From an uncultured Nitrososphaerota archaeon (lineage in GTDB: Archaea; Thermoproteota; Nitrososphaeria; Nitrososphaerales; Gagatemarchaeaceae): DNA of 64,000 nt. The notes below the pieces were generated by a model. It was given only the letters and a program-made list of their open reading frames with translations, was not told where the DNA came from and ran no database searches. Shown piece by piece: positions 46,916 through 56,927 of this stretch. The position numbers were made by a program, and so were the translations under genes. Location: contig CAVRAG010000008.1 of assembly GCA_963718895.1 (NCBI GenBank), positions 1,056,001 through 1,120,000 on the forward strand, read 5' to 3'. Each line of letters opens with the position of its first letter. Position 1 is the stretch's first letter.

Positions 46916-48613
46916 CTAGAGGATGATTTCGGCAGCGTTCCAGTTGAGGTTACCATCGCGCCAATAGTGCTGTATGTGACCATCGTCGCGCTCCACGATT
47001 AGCTCGAGGTTGAAGCCGAAGCTGCCTTCGACGAGTCCACCGACAGCGGTTATGTGGCCATCTCCGAACGTGGCACTGTGGTTCCACGACTGATTCCCAC
47101 CATTGTCCCTCCACCAGTGCTGTACCATCCCTCCCGAGGCCACGCAAAGCTCGAAGTTGCTCGCGGAGTACTCATTCGTGCCCCCGTACATGCCCTCTAT
47201 CATGCATGGGTGGCTCGAGATGCCGGAGCCGAAGGTTGTAGACGCTGCCCACGGCAGGTTCGGGTCGTCGTTGTTGCGCCACCAGTGCTGCATTTGTCCA
47301 CTCTGGAGTACGCACACTAGCTCAAAGTTGCCCTTGGTCCCAAACTGGCTCTGAATAAGGGTGGGTCCGCTGAAGGCGACGTTGCTCGCGAAACGGCCCC
47401 CGTCGTGCCATGGGTACCCGGCCGTGCTGTTGTCCCTCCACCAGTGGTTCAGCCTGCCGTCCGCCGTTCCCACCACGACCTCAAAGTTGCCGGGAGCGCC
47501 GTAGTTGCCCTGGATGAACCCCGGGAGTCCGGCCGCGTCGGAAGGGCCGAAGACACCACCGTCGTTCCACGTCTTCGAGCTCTGGTCGAAGTACCAGTGA
47601 TGCAGCCTGCTGCCCGTCGTCAAGAAGACCGTCTCGAAGTTCCGGTTGAAGGTCGTCGCGGTTAGGGTGGGCCAGGTTGCCGGGGAATCGTTGCCGAAAG
47701 GCGCGTATGCCTTCGACCATGGATACCCGCCGGCGTCGTTGTTTCTCCACCAATGCTGCAGCGCGGCCCCCGGCGCCCAGAGCAGCATCTCGAAGTTCCT
47801 GTGGTTCGTGCCGTTCCCGCTCTCGATGATGTTTCCACTGTGCAGCCTTCGCTTCGTCCAGGGATCTGGATTTGTGAGCGAGAGTCCTGTCTTCGCGTAG
47901 TAGTCGATGTTGCACTGTCCGTAGCCGACGAGAACGTAGCCGCCGTCCCCCCACCCCGTCCCCCAGGAGTTCTTCACTATCCAGGAATTCTGCGTGTCGT
48001 CGTAGCCGACGACCAGCATAACGTGGCCGCCCGCGTACTTCGCGGTCGCAGACTTCTTGTAGACGCCGTTACCGTAGCCGAAGAAATCGTCATACACATC
48101 GAACCCGCAAACCAGTGGGCCCACGGTGTCAAGCCAGGTCTTCTGGTCGTCGACGCTGCCCACGTCTGTGTATCCGTCCAGCCTCACCGAACGCCCCGAC
48201 CTGTCGCTCGTGGGATTGTAGTTCGCAGCTTGGGTGGTACCGGTGTAGTCCTTTGCGCCGAGACAGTCGTTGGGCGCGGGACTGAAGTACGAGCTCGTCC
48301 TCATCGTTGCGATCTGGCTATCATTGGTCACGTTCGGCCATCCATAGCAACCAGGGTCCGCTATCCCGTTCGATTTCACCCAATCGAGGGCCTGGTGTGC
48401 GTTCCCGCACGACCCGCATTTTGCACCGAGCCCGTCGTGGACGTCCCCTTCGGAGAGAACCGCCCAGACGCCCTGGTTGATACGCACCATGCTCTCCATC
48501 AACCCGGTGGAGGCGAACGCCCAGCATGCCTCGCACGGATCCTGGTCCCTTATCTCGGTCACCCAGGATTGGCCCCATCTGTTCCTCCAGTCGACGGAGA
48601 CAGGGTTGGTCAT
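46916..48613 (-). CDS. Papain-family (C1A) cysteine protease with C-terminal six-bladed propeller
   Basis: VDWR, DQDPCEACWAF, GGHVMLVVGY, KNSWG; six NFE...HWWR-type repeats. Confidence 0.9.
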   Translation of the reverse strand: MTNPVSVDWRNRWGQSWVTEIRDQDPCEACWAFASTGLMESMVRINQGVWAVLSEGDVHDGLGAKCGSCGNAHQALDWVKSNGIADPGCYGWPNVTNDSQIATMRTSSYFSPAPNDCLGAKDYTGTTQAANYNPTSDRSGRSVRLDGYTDVGSVDDQKTWLDTVGPLVCGFDVYDDFFGYGNGVYKKSATAKYAGGHVMLVVGYDDTQNSWIVKNSWGTGWGDGGYVLVGYGQCNIDYYAKTGLSLTNPDPWTKRRLHSGNIIESGNGTNHRNFEMLLWAPGAALQHWWRNNDAGGYPWSKAYAPFGNDSPATWPTLTATTFNRNFETVFLTTGSRLHHWYFDQSSKTWNDGGVFGPSDAAGLPGFIQGNYGAPGNFEVVVGTADGRLNHWWRDNSTAGYPWHDGGRFASNVAFSGPTLIQSQFGTKGNFELVCVLQSGQMQHWWRNNDDPNLPWAASTTFGSGISSHPCMIEGMYGGTNEYSASNFELCVASGGMVQHWWRDNGGNQSWNHSATFGDGHITAVGGLVEGSFGFNLELIVERDDGHIQHYWRDGNLNWNAAEIIL

Positions 48614-48618
48614 GCGTC

Positions 48619-48963
48619 TCAGCTCGTCCCAGCGACATCCTTGAGCTCACTCGTTAGTGCGGCGGTGGCGGGCCGCCTCGTGAGCTGACTGACGAACGCA
48701 GGGCCGACCGTCATCCTGGGGTTCGCAGAGAGCAAGCTCTGGGCCACTCTGCGTTGATACACGAAAGGGTTTCCGGGCTGGTCCGTCAGGACCTGCTTGA
48801 AGTCAATCGGAGGGGTCGCCGACGCAACGGTCATCTGCTCGGTGATGCCTCCGAGCGGGTGCCGGGGGATCGGATTGGAACCTGCGAACTTCGGGTGAAC
48901 TGTCCAAGAAGCGTTCTCAGTCGTGAGAGCTTTCTTCAGGTCTCCGGCCGCGGAATAAGCCAT
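48619..48963 (-). CDS. Probable protease prodomain, separate ORF or frameshifted N-terminus
   Basis: Ends 5 nt before the protease ATG; one extra G in the GGG run would fuse the two ORFs. Confidence 0.6.
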   Translation of the reverse strand: MAYSAAGDLKKALTTENASWTVHPKFAGSNPIPRHPLGGITEQMTVASATPPIDFKQVLTDQPGNPFVYQRRVAQSLLSANPRMTVGPAFVSQLTRRPATAALTSELKDVAGTS

Positions 48964-49059
48964 GGTTAGAATGTGCCTGAAGAATTATTTAAGGTAATCC
49001 ATACTTCCACCAGTGGTGAGCACTGTAGTGCTCTCGGCGTTCGGGGTTCGTCACTAAGT

Positions 49060-49377
49060 GGTGGCAGTCCCGCCGGAGTTCGTCACCTCGGCCTCCCCCA
49101 GTCCCGCACATCCGGCGGTCCCCCACGTAGACGGAGCAGCGTAACCGCGTCACCTTAGGGCTGCTCCCTCCCGGACCTCGCCCGGTTCGGCGATCCAGAG
49201 TCAGAGCCCCTCCTTCGAGGGACCTGCTCCTCACGACCACCCGCTCCGGCGTGAGATCAGCCCGCCCGAGTGCGTAGGTAGAAGGAGAGATGGCTTTACC
49301 CGACGGTTGCTGGCCACTGCGTAAAGCCGGTTTCAGCCTATCGGGAGACGGCTAGCCTCCCTGCCCTACCCGCCACC
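49060..49377 (-). ncRNA. ffs: Archaeal SRP (7S) RNA
   Basis: Terminal GGTGGC/GCCACC helix; Alu-like 5' domain; helix 8 motif AGGTCCGGGAGGGAGCAG; about 318 nt. Confidence 0.9.
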
Positions 49378-49388
49378 GAGACCGCGGA

Positions 49389-50330
49389 CTATTCTGGAGT
49401 ATATTTACTGTGCTGTTCGACCAGCTGCTTCATCCTGCAGACGCTGCAGATTCCCCCTGAGGAGGGGTGGCCGCAGATTGCACAGGGGACGGGGCTGGGA
49501 CCCTTGGAGACGGAGAGCTTGGAAGCGACCGACAGCGCCGAGTTCAGGAGCACATTTTTCATTCCGGGGTGTTTGGCCTCCAGCTCGTTGAGGTAATCCC
49601 TGACCTCGCTCCGGAGCCCTTCGTGCATGTACGGGCAGCTCGCGCTCTGGAAGGGCAGCCCGGAGAGGTGGGCGTACAGCGCCACCTCCTCCTCGTAGAT
49701 TTCCATGAAAGGCTTGACCCGACGGAGGGGGAAGTCTCCGGGGACCACCTGTGGGTCAATCCAGCCCAGCCTCTCGACATCTCCGTGCATCAGGTTCATC
49801 ATGAACGTCTGCACATAGTCGTCGAGGTTGTGCGCCGTCGCGATTACCTTCACTCCCGCCCGGACAGCCGCCTCGTCGATGGCGCGCCTCCTGAATACCC
49901 CGCACACGCTGCACGACGAAATCTCGCGCTCGTCTTTCCACGCGAGCGCATGGTCGAGGTCGAAGCCATAGAGCTCCTTGTATGAGACCACCACGTGCTC
50001 CAGACCGAGCTCCTTCGTGAGGGCCGCAGAGTGCCCGATCGACTCCTCCCTGTATCCCTCAACCCCCTCGTCCACCGTCAGGACGACCAGCTCGTAGCGC
50101 CTGGTATCGCTGAGGGCGTGAAGCACGCGCAGCAGCGAGAGGCTGTCTTTTCCCCCGGAGACTGCAACGCCGACCTTCTCGCCGTGGCCGAGCATGCTGA
50201 AGCGCGAGATCGTCTTCCTCGTCTTCTCGACTACGGAGGCTTGAAAGCACACCCCGCAGAGCACCTCACCCGAGTACCTGCGCGTGTAGAACGCAGGCCC
50301 CCCGCACCTTGCACACTCCGATCCGGACAT
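49389..50330 (-). CDS. ttuA: tRNA 2-thiolation enzyme (TtuA/Ncs6, TIGR00269 type)
   Basis: N- and C-terminal Zn fingers, SGGKDS, CSVCGVFRR, TAHNLDD, CPY. Confidence 0.9.
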   Translation of the reverse strand: MSGSECARCGGPAFYTRRYSGEVLCGVCFQASVVEKTRKTISRFSMLGHGEKVGVAVSGGKDSLSLLRVLHALSDTRRYELVVLTVDEGVEGYREESIGHSAALTKELGLEHVVVSYKELYGFDLDHALAWKDEREISSCSVCGVFRRRAIDEAAVRAGVKVIATAHNLDDYVQTFMMNLMHGDVERLGWIDPQVVPGDFPLRRVKPFMEIYEEEVALYAHLSGLPFQSASCPYMHEGLRSEVRDYLNELEAKHPGMKNVLLNSALSVASKLSVSKGPSPVPCAICGHPSSGGICSVCRMKQLVEQHSKYTPE

Positions 50331-50374
50331 AGGCTGGCCTCTCGAGATGGATGAACGCTTAAAGAGTTCCGTCT

Positions 50375-51643
50375 TTGGTCGAAGTTCGGCACTTGGAGCA
50401 GGAATACAAGCGGTTTACGTTCACATACGGCATCATAATGCTGCGCACCAAGAGCGGCCTGTCTATCATGGACAGGCTGGGCAAGCGCAGGATTACCAAG
50501 CCGTTGGCCTGGTTCATGCTCTACCTGATGCCGATATCCGGGGGGCTGGCTCTCTTCCTGATACTCTCGGAGGTCTTCATCTTCCTTGGGCCCAAGGGCC
50601 AGCAGACCGTCGACTACGTGCGCACCATCACGCCGCTCGCGAACCTGCTGCTTCCCGGGCTCAACCCTTACGTGCCCATAGTCTACGGATGGCTGGCGAT
50701 AGTCGTCGCCATCGTGATTCACGAGTCGGCGCACGGAATAGTCGCGAGGAGCCTGGGGCTCCCCGTCAAGACTGCGGGGCTGATCTTCTTCTTCATCATC
50801 CCTCTGGGCGCCTTCGTCGAGCTCGACGAGACGCAGCTAAGAGAGACGAAGGTCCGGAACTCGCTGAGGGTCCTCGCCGCAGGATCTGGAATAAACTTCA
50901 TTGTCGGGTTGGTCTGCCTGGGCCTCCTCCTGCTCTCTGTCTCGGCCATGGTGCCCGCCGCGAACGGCTCAGCCATCGCCGGAGTCGAACAGGACACGTC
51001 CGGGCTTCCTTCGCCGGCTCTGCACGCGGGAATCATGCCAGGCGACTTCATAGTTCGGATAAACGGGGTCCCCAACAACGACCTTGGAAGCCTCAGCCTT
51101 CAACCGGGCCAGGTCATCAACGTCACAATCTGGAGGAATGGGCACACCATGACGTTGCCGCCCATAACTCTTGGGGAAACGATAACGGAGAACACGCAGA
51201 CCCATCAGAACACGACTCACCCATACCTGGGGGTCAGCTACATTCCCTACCAGGGACTCACGGGTGTAGTGAACAGCTACCTGCACGCCTCGAGGTCGGT
51301 GGTCCTCTACGTCATCCCTCCCGCGTTCCCCGGAGTCGCAGGAGAGGTCCCGTTCTCGGCCCAGCTCAGCATCTATTACGTATCGCCGCTCGGCGCCGCC
51401 ACGCCGATAGTGCAGAACATGCTCTTCTGGCTCTTCTTCGTTAACTTCAACCTGGCAATCTTCAACAACCTCCCCATCTATCCCATGGACGGCGGCCAGG
51501 CCCTGGAGCGGTTCCTGGTGGGCATAGGCAGGGGCAAGATCAACGATGACATCGCGAACAGAATCTCAATCGCAGTCACCGTCGTGCTCGCATTCACGCT
51601 GCTCTCGGTCGTTGTGGGACCGTATCTCAGCGCCTACGTCTGA
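50375..51643 (+). CDS. Site-2 protease (M50) with PDZ domain
   Basis: HESAH, GAFVE, PDZ SPALHAGIMPGD, NNLPIYPMDGG. Confidence 0.92.
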   Translation: MVEVRHLEQEYKRFTFTYGIIMLRTKSGLSIMDRLGKRRITKPLAWFMLYLMPISGGLALFLILSEVFIFLGPKGQQTVDYVRTITPLANLLLPGLNPYVPIVYGWLAIVVAIVIHESAHGIVARSLGLPVKTAGLIFFFIIPLGAFVELDETQLRETKVRNSLRVLAAGSGINFIVGLVCLGLLLLSVSAMVPAANGSAIAGVEQDTSGLPSPALHAGIMPGDFIVRINGVPNNDLGSLSLQPGQVINVTIWRNGHTMTLPPITLGETITENTQTHQNTTHPYLGVSYIPYQGLTGVVNSYLHASRSVVLYVIPPAFPGVAGEVPFSAQLSIYYVSPLGAATPIVQNMLFWLFFVNFNLAIFNNLPIYPMDGGQALERFLVGIGRGKINDDIANRISIAVTVVLAFTLLSVVVGPYLSAYV

Positions 51644-51681
51644 GGTTTGCCGGTTAAATAGTCCGAAGAACTCATCTGTCG

Positions 51682-51999
51682 ATGATAGAGCCACTTCTTC
51701 CCCCGCTCGCGTCGTCGCTGTACGTCGCACCAGTCGTACCCATCCCCCCTCCTCCCGACTTCGGATCGATGGTGCAGCATCTCGCCAGTGAGTTCAGCTC
51801 TGGTGGCTCGCAGTTGCTGCTCGCCATAGACGGTAGCGTGACAGACGTTATCAGGGTGGCCTACATCACGGTGCTCCTGGTCGGAGTCTTCATCTACTTC
51901 ACCAAGATCAACAGGAGGTTGGGTAGGGAGCTGATTATGGGAGGGATAGCCCTGGCAATCCTCTCGGAGTTCGTCTTCCCGGCCATGGTCACTGTCTGA
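51682..51999 (+). CDS. Small two-TM protein resembling conjugative-type pilins (VirB2/CedA1-like)
   Basis: Amphipathic helix, TM, basic loop KINRRLGRELI, TM. Confidence 0.5.
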   Translation: MIEPLLPPLASSLYVAPVVPIPPPPDFGSMVQHLASEFSSGGSQLLLAIDGSVTDVIRVAYITVLLVGVFIYFTKINRRLGRELIMGGIALAILSEFVFPAMVTV

Positions 52000-53047
52000 G
52001 TGCGTACCTGAGGGTGGCGACGATCCCGCCGAAGGAGGCGACCTGCTTGCCGGTCTCGAGCGAAGAGTCGCAGAGATAGATCGTCCCGCCCTTCTGTTCG
52101 ACGGTTTTAAGCACCTGGACAACCTCCTCCTCGTCTGTGTTCCGTGCGAAGACGTCGTCGGAGACGAGGCATGACTCCACCGCCCCCGCCTCGGCCGCGG
52201 CCTTCACGCGGGGAAGCGCGTAGGCCACGCTCCCCTCGCCGCGCGCTATCCGCTTTATCACCTCCTCGACAATCGATTGAACCTTGACGAGCAGGCTGTC
52301 GCTGGCGACGCTCTTGAAGCCCTCGAACTTGAGGAGGCCCCTCACACCGTCGGCGCCGGAGAGGTCGAATCCCTCCATCAAGACGTAGCGTTTTCGCAGG
52401 TCTGGATCTGCAGCGACCCTGTTCGCGAGGGCCATCTTGGTGTGCCCCGGTCCGGCTATCGCAATCAAGTCACCTTCACGCCAGGAGTTCCTGAGCACGC
52501 CCACTATCTTCCTTAGGAAGGGCTCCGTGTCGACCTCCTGGCCGCCCTTTCCCGACGCTCCTGAATCGATGGTGGAGAGGATGGCGAGGTGGGAACCGCT
52601 CAGGAGGCCAACGCCCGCCTCCCGTCTGTCCATCGCGACCAGCAAGAAGCGCCCACCGGTCTTCCTCGCAGAGTCCAGGATGCTGGTGTAGACGGGCGAC
52701 CACTGCTCCTTCTTGAGCGTGAGGCCGAAACCCGGGGTGATCGAGACGGAGTGCTTCCCCGATGTGCTGACGCTCTCGTCGCTGGACTCCGTGATCCTCC
52801 CGCGGACGCGGAGACGGCCGACGCTGCTGTCCAGGAAGGCCTCCTCGACCAAGAGGGCTATGGTCACCTTAACTCTCTCTCCCCTGTCGGGCCGGGAGAA
52901 CTCGTCCTCCCTCTTCGAGACCCTAGAACTCTTGGTTACTATGGTGTCGCCTGGGCTGATGAGTCTTCGCAGAGTCCAGAGGTCATCCGGGAACTCCACG
53001 ACGAGAGCGCAGATTCCTTGCTTCGGGATGAACTTCGATACGATCAA
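51989..53047 (-). CDS. pelA: Pelota / aDom34 ribosome rescue factor
   Basis: DDLWTLRRLISPGD, RLRVRGRI, IAGPG, AGAVE, FGGIVATLRY; start TTG 53047. Confidence 0.93.
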   Translation of the reverse strand: MIVSKFIPKQGICALVVEFPDDLWTLRRLISPGDTIVTKSSRVSKREDEFSRPDRGERVKVTIALLVEEAFLDSSVGRLRVRGRITESSDESVSTSGKHSVSITPGFGLTLKKEQWSPVYTSILDSARKTGGRFLLVAMDRREAGVGLLSGSHLAILSTIDSGASGKGGQEVDTEPFLRKIVGVLRNSWREGDLIAIAGPGHTKMALANRVAADPDLRKRYVLMEGFDLSGADGVRGLLKFEGFKSVASDSLLVKVQSIVEEVIKRIARGEGSVAYALPRVKAAAEAGAVESCLVSDDVFARNTDEEEVVQVLKTVEQKGGTIYLCDSSLETGKQVASFGGIVATLRYALRQ

Positions 53048-53057
53048 TGGGTCCAGG

Positions 53058-54341
53058 TTACTCGAGGCCCAGGTCCCTGAACGTCCCGACGCGTAGAGCC
53101 TCAGGCATATTCTTGATCTCGCCCACCCTGTGCCCGATAATCCCGTCCACCTTCGCCTTGGCTGCGGCATCGACGAGCCTTTGGGTTATGATCCCGTCGA
53201 AGATGATGAACTTGACCCCGGACTCTCCGTCGACCTTCTGGACGAGTTCGCTGATGGGGAACCTGCCCTTCTCGGCGAGCGCTTCATCGAGCAGGATGGC
53301 CTCCAGCGTCCCGTTGAGGGAGGGGAAGATCTCCGCGACCTTCTGCACCACCGGCTCCGGAGCCTGAGGTTCGGCGACCTGTTCGGGCGCCGCCTGGGCG
53401 ACCTGTGGTTCGCTGGGCTGGCGGGGTTCGCGCTGCTCGCGGGACTCGCGCGACTCACGGGGCTGCCGCGGCTCGCGCGGCTCGCGGTAGGGCCGTCTCG
53501 ACTCTTCCGACCTTTCGCCGCGGTCTGACCTCGACGGCCTCTGAGGCATGTCGGCTCTTAGAAGCTGTATGACCTCCATCGGCGTGAGGTCCTCTACCTC
53601 CTTGCCGTGGGGGGCCCTTAGAACTCTCTCGACCCTCGCAACCTGTTCAAGCTCCTTCTCGATCAGGTCACCGCCTCTGTCGCCGTCGAGTACCGCGATG
53701 AGCCTTCTCTTCCTTCCCAAGTCGATGACCGACTGCGGGATGCTCGTCCCTTCGACCGCGACTACGTTCTCTATCCCTGCCCTCAGGAAGAGTATGACAT
53801 CGGCGCGACCCTCGACGATGTAGACCATCTCGGAGGTGTAGACGCCCGGACCGGCTGGGAGGTTTTCCGTCCCGTAGCTCACGACCCTAGCCCTCTTCGT
53901 GGAGTCCTGAACGTCCTTCAGCAGATTCTCCCCCTCGCTCGCGGTCCTCGAGCCCCACTCCTTCATGATGTCCTTGGCCCTGTCGACTATCTGCTTTCTC
54001 CTCGAGGCCCTTACGTCCTCGATCGTGACAAGCTCGACCCTGGCGGAGCACGGGCCCACCTTGTCGACACTCTCCACGGCCGCCGCGATGAGGGCTGCGG
54101 TGCTGACATCGGTCGACATGGGGATGAGAATCTCGCCGTATGTCCGATCATTCTTGGACTCTAGATTGATCTCTATCCTCCCGACCTTCCAGCTCTTCTG
54201 CAGCTCGTTCAGGTTCATCTCTGGACCGAACAAGCCCTCCGTCTGACCAAAGATGGCGCCGATCATGTCGGCCTTTTCCACTACTCCATCTACTTCGAAC
54301 CTCAGTTTAACGAGGTACTTTACTATAGCCGAATCTGGCAA
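53058..54341 (-). CDS. dnaG: Archaeal DnaG (exosome-associated primase-like protein)
   Basis: GAIFGQTEGLFG, IVEGRADV, DGDRGG, FDGIITQRL. Confidence 0.96.
   Translation of the reverse strand: MPDSAIVKYLVKLRFEVDGVVEKADMIGAIFGQTEGLFGPEMNLNELQKSWKVGRIEINLESKNDRTYGEILIPMSTDVSTAALIAAAVESVDKVGPCSARVELVTIEDVRASRRKQIVDRAKDIMKEWGSRTASEGENLLKDVQDSTKRARVVSYGTENLPAGPGVYTSEMVYIVEGRADVILFLRAGIENVVAVEGTSIPQSVIDLGRKRRLIAVLDGDRGGDLIEKELEQVARVERVLRAPHGKEVEDLTPMEVIQLLRADMPQRPSRSDRGERSEESRRPYREPREPRQPRESRESREQREPRQPSEPQVAQAAPEQVAEPQAPEPVVQKVAEIFPSLNGTLEAILLDEALAEKGRFPISELVQKVDGESGVKFIIFDGIITQRLVDAAAKAKVDGIIGHRVGEIKNMPEALRVGTFRDLGLE
53410..53490 (-). repeat. Imperfect 9-bp tandem repeat in dnaG encoding REPREPRQPRESRESREQREPRQP
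   Basis: Three-residue periodicity visible in both DNA and protein. Confidence 0.75.
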
Positions 54342-54431
54342 ATTGCATTCAACTCGTGTCAGCTAGTTATCCGAACTAACCTTAACGAGCCGAAGCAAAT
54401 TTCTCCTTTATTTAAACTCTTGGTAATGGTG

Positions 54432-54596
54432 GCGACCCGGCTGATCCCTCCCCCTGAGGGGTTGTGAGAATGGCTTCCAGAGGTCTGGGGAGCAACGCCT
54501 AGCTGCGTTCCAGACAGGCGCGTCTCCGCAGGGCGCCCCTGAGCAGGTACCGGTAGGCCAATGATTCTATCGACCCTCAGGCTGGGTCCGGGTCCG
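54432..54596 (+). ncRNA. Candidate multibranch structured RNA
   Basis: Nested stems GACCCGG/CCGGGTC, CCTGAGGG/CCCTCAGG, GTCTGG/CCAGAC, GGCGC/GCGCC; TTTAAA at 54411. Confidence 0.5.
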
Positions 54597-54652
54597 AGCG
54601 ATTGTCGGAAGGCATTAAGTCTGCGGTCCCCCGGCCGCCTGTGAAGTAGCGC

Positions 54653-55477
54653 ATGGCTTTCCTCTCAGTCGAAGGGGGACGGTTGTACTACGAGGCCGCT
54701 GGCTCAGGCAGGCCCCTGGTGATGATACACGCTGGCTTCCTCGACAGCAGGATGTGGGACGGCCAGTTCATGGCGTTCGCGGAGAAGAACAAGGTCGTTC
54801 GTTACGACGTGCGCGGCTTCGGTAGGTCAAGCAGGCCCGCCGAGGCCTACTCCGACGCGGAGGATCTACTCAGGCTGATGGAGCATCTCGGAATACCGGA
54901 TGCTTGCATCCTAGGCGTCTCCTACGGCGGGAGGATAGCGCTCGACTTGGCGACAGCGGTCCCGCGCAAGGTCTGCGGCCTCGTTCTGATCTCTCCCGGG
55001 ATAAGCGGGTACGTGAGCTCTGGTCCGGAGGAGACCAGGGAATGGGAGGAGTTCGAGAAGATGGAGAGCAGGCAGAACTTGGCAATCAGGCAGAAGAGGA
55101 TACGCGAAGCCGTCGGGATAGACCTTGAGATGTGGGCCTCAGCCCAAAGCCCGGCAGGGAGAAGGCGCCTGCTCCAGATAGCACTGGCCAACTCGCACGT
55201 CCACAAGAACCCCTGGTGGTGGAGATCAGCATACGCTCTGCAGGAATCTCCCCGACCTCTTGCTTTCGAGAGGCTGCCGTGGATCCGCGTCCCCACTCTG
55301 CTCATCGTGGGTGACGAAGATGTGAAGGGGATGCTGTCGAGGACCATGAGGCTGCACCGGCTCATCCCAGGCTCAGAACTCAGAATCATACGCGGGGCGG
55401 ATCATATCCCAAACATGTCTCGACCCCGCGAGTTCAACGCGGTCGTCTCCGCATTCCTGAAGAATCTCGACCGCTAG
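54653..55477 (+). CDS. Alpha/beta-fold hydrolase
   Basis: MIHAG, YDVRGFGRS, GVSYGG, VGDED, ADH. Confidence 0.9.
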   Translation: MAFLSVEGGRLYYEAAGSGRPLVMIHAGFLDSRMWDGQFMAFAEKNKVVRYDVRGFGRSSRPAEAYSDAEDLLRLMEHLGIPDACILGVSYGGRIALDLATAVPRKVCGLVLISPGISGYVSSGPEETREWEEFEKMESRQNLAIRQKRIREAVGIDLEMWASAQSPAGRRRLLQIALANSHVHKNPWWWRSAYALQESPRPLAFERLPWIRVPTLLIVGDEDVKGMLSRTMRLHRLIPGSELRIIRGADHIPNMSRPREFNAVVSAFLKNLDR

Positions 55478-55692
55478 TACTATGATCATCGAGTTCTGCG
55501 AGACCCAAGAGTCTGTACAGCGTGGTCCGTACCCCAGAATTCGACTGCCCCCGGAACCGAGGCTCCTATCGGCTCGGTCCGGTTTCGGCCCGACCCGTGT
55601 CGGTGACGCACTGGCTGCGGCCTCGCAAGGCAGATCATCTCCAAGAGACAGATTAAGAGGAGCCGTCAGTCTGTGAAGGGGTCACCGTCTTC

Positions 55693-56778
55693 TCATCCTC
55701 CGCCGCCGCACCCGTTCGTGCAGGTGTACCAGGCATCGACGTAGGTGCCATTGGCGATCAACTGGAGCGGCCTGGTCGAGGTGGTGTTGTCCCCCCAGTA
55801 GGCGAAGAGCACGTCGTGAGTTGAGCCGTGGCACCTGTCGCAGTCCGCCGGATACAGATAGTAGGTAGCTGACGGGTTCAATCCGCTGAAGGTGAGGCCG
55901 TTCTCATCTGAGAAACCGGTCGCGACGACGGTCCCAGTCGAATCGTAGAGGGTCACCCACATCGCGGCACCCGGACCTGTGCATGACTCGTCGCAGGACG
56001 CTTGAGCGTTGACGCATGAGCTCGCAAAGCACGGAGCCCAGGTCGACGCAGGTACTCTGTGATCGTAGAGGGTTATCGTTCCAGGTCCTCCGCCGCCCTC
56101 AACACCGCCACTGCCGCACCCGTAGACGGCGGTGAAGGACGCGCTTCCACTCGTCGCCGTGAAGGGCCTCGGGTTTCCCCTGACGCCGTCTGACCAGTTG
56201 CTGAACGTGCAGTTACCGTAGCTGTCGGCCTGAACGACATACGAAGCACCTGCGTTGGTAGTGAATATTGCTGTGGTGAATCCGGTTGCCACGGTACTCC
56301 CGCCCTCAAGCAGGACTATGTAGAAGCCCGAGAGCGGATTCCCGCCCTTGTCCACGGAGTTCACCGTCACGCTCGAGCCACCGCCGCTCCCACAGTTGTA
56401 GACAGCTGTAATCTGGGTGTTGCCCTCTATGGAGATTGGTCGTGAGGGGTTTGTGCTGCCTGTGTCGGCCCAGTGGTCGAAACTGCAGGAGCCGTAGTTG
56501 TCCACCTGTACGGTGTACGACTGCCCGTCGCCTAGGGCGAACGTGGCAGGGGTGAAGCCGCTGGAGGCTAGACTGCTCCCCTGATAGAGGACTGTGTAGT
56601 ATCCAGTGAGCGAAGATCCATCCAGGTTCTCGCTCGTCACCGAAAGCTGGGATTGCGTCTGGCCGCCAGCGGGGATATGAGGCGCAACTGCCATGCAGGC
56701 CAAAGACAGGATTACGATGATGAAGAGCCCGGACGGATAGGTAGACCTCCCCAGCCGGCCCTGAGCATCAGTCGGCAT
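55693..56778 (-). CDS. Secreted protein of three ~85-aa beta-rich Cys-containing repeats
   Basis: Signal peptide; repeats YGxCxFxxWxD...TAVY shared with 4703..6022. Confidence 0.75.
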   Translation of the reverse strand: MPTDAQGRLGRSTYPSGLFIIVILSLACMAVAPHIPAGGQTQSQLSVTSENLDGSSLTGYYTVLYQGSSLASSGFTPATFALGDGQSYTVQVDNYGSCSFDHWADTGSTNPSRPISIEGNTQITAVYNCGSGGGSSVTVNSVDKGGNPLSGFYIVLLEGGSTVATGFTTAIFTTNAGASYVVQADSYGNCTFSNWSDGVRGNPRPFTATSGSASFTAVYGCGSGGVEGGGGPGTITLYDHRVPASTWAPCFASSCVNAQASCDESCTGPGAAMWVTLYDSTGTVVATGFSDENGLTFSGLNPSATYYLYPADCDRCHGSTHDVLFAYWGDNTTSTRPLQLIANGTYVDAWYTCTNGCGGGG

Positions 56779-56927
56779 GTGCACCGATTGAAGCGCCCCA
56801 GGGTTTCAGAAGAACTCAAGGAGTTCTATGGAGAAGGGTTCTGACACGGCCTTCCATTCTGTGCCTCCAGAATCCTGTCAGCCCGGAATTTCTCAGCTCC
56901 CGAGCCGGTTTCCCGAGTCGGGTCCAT

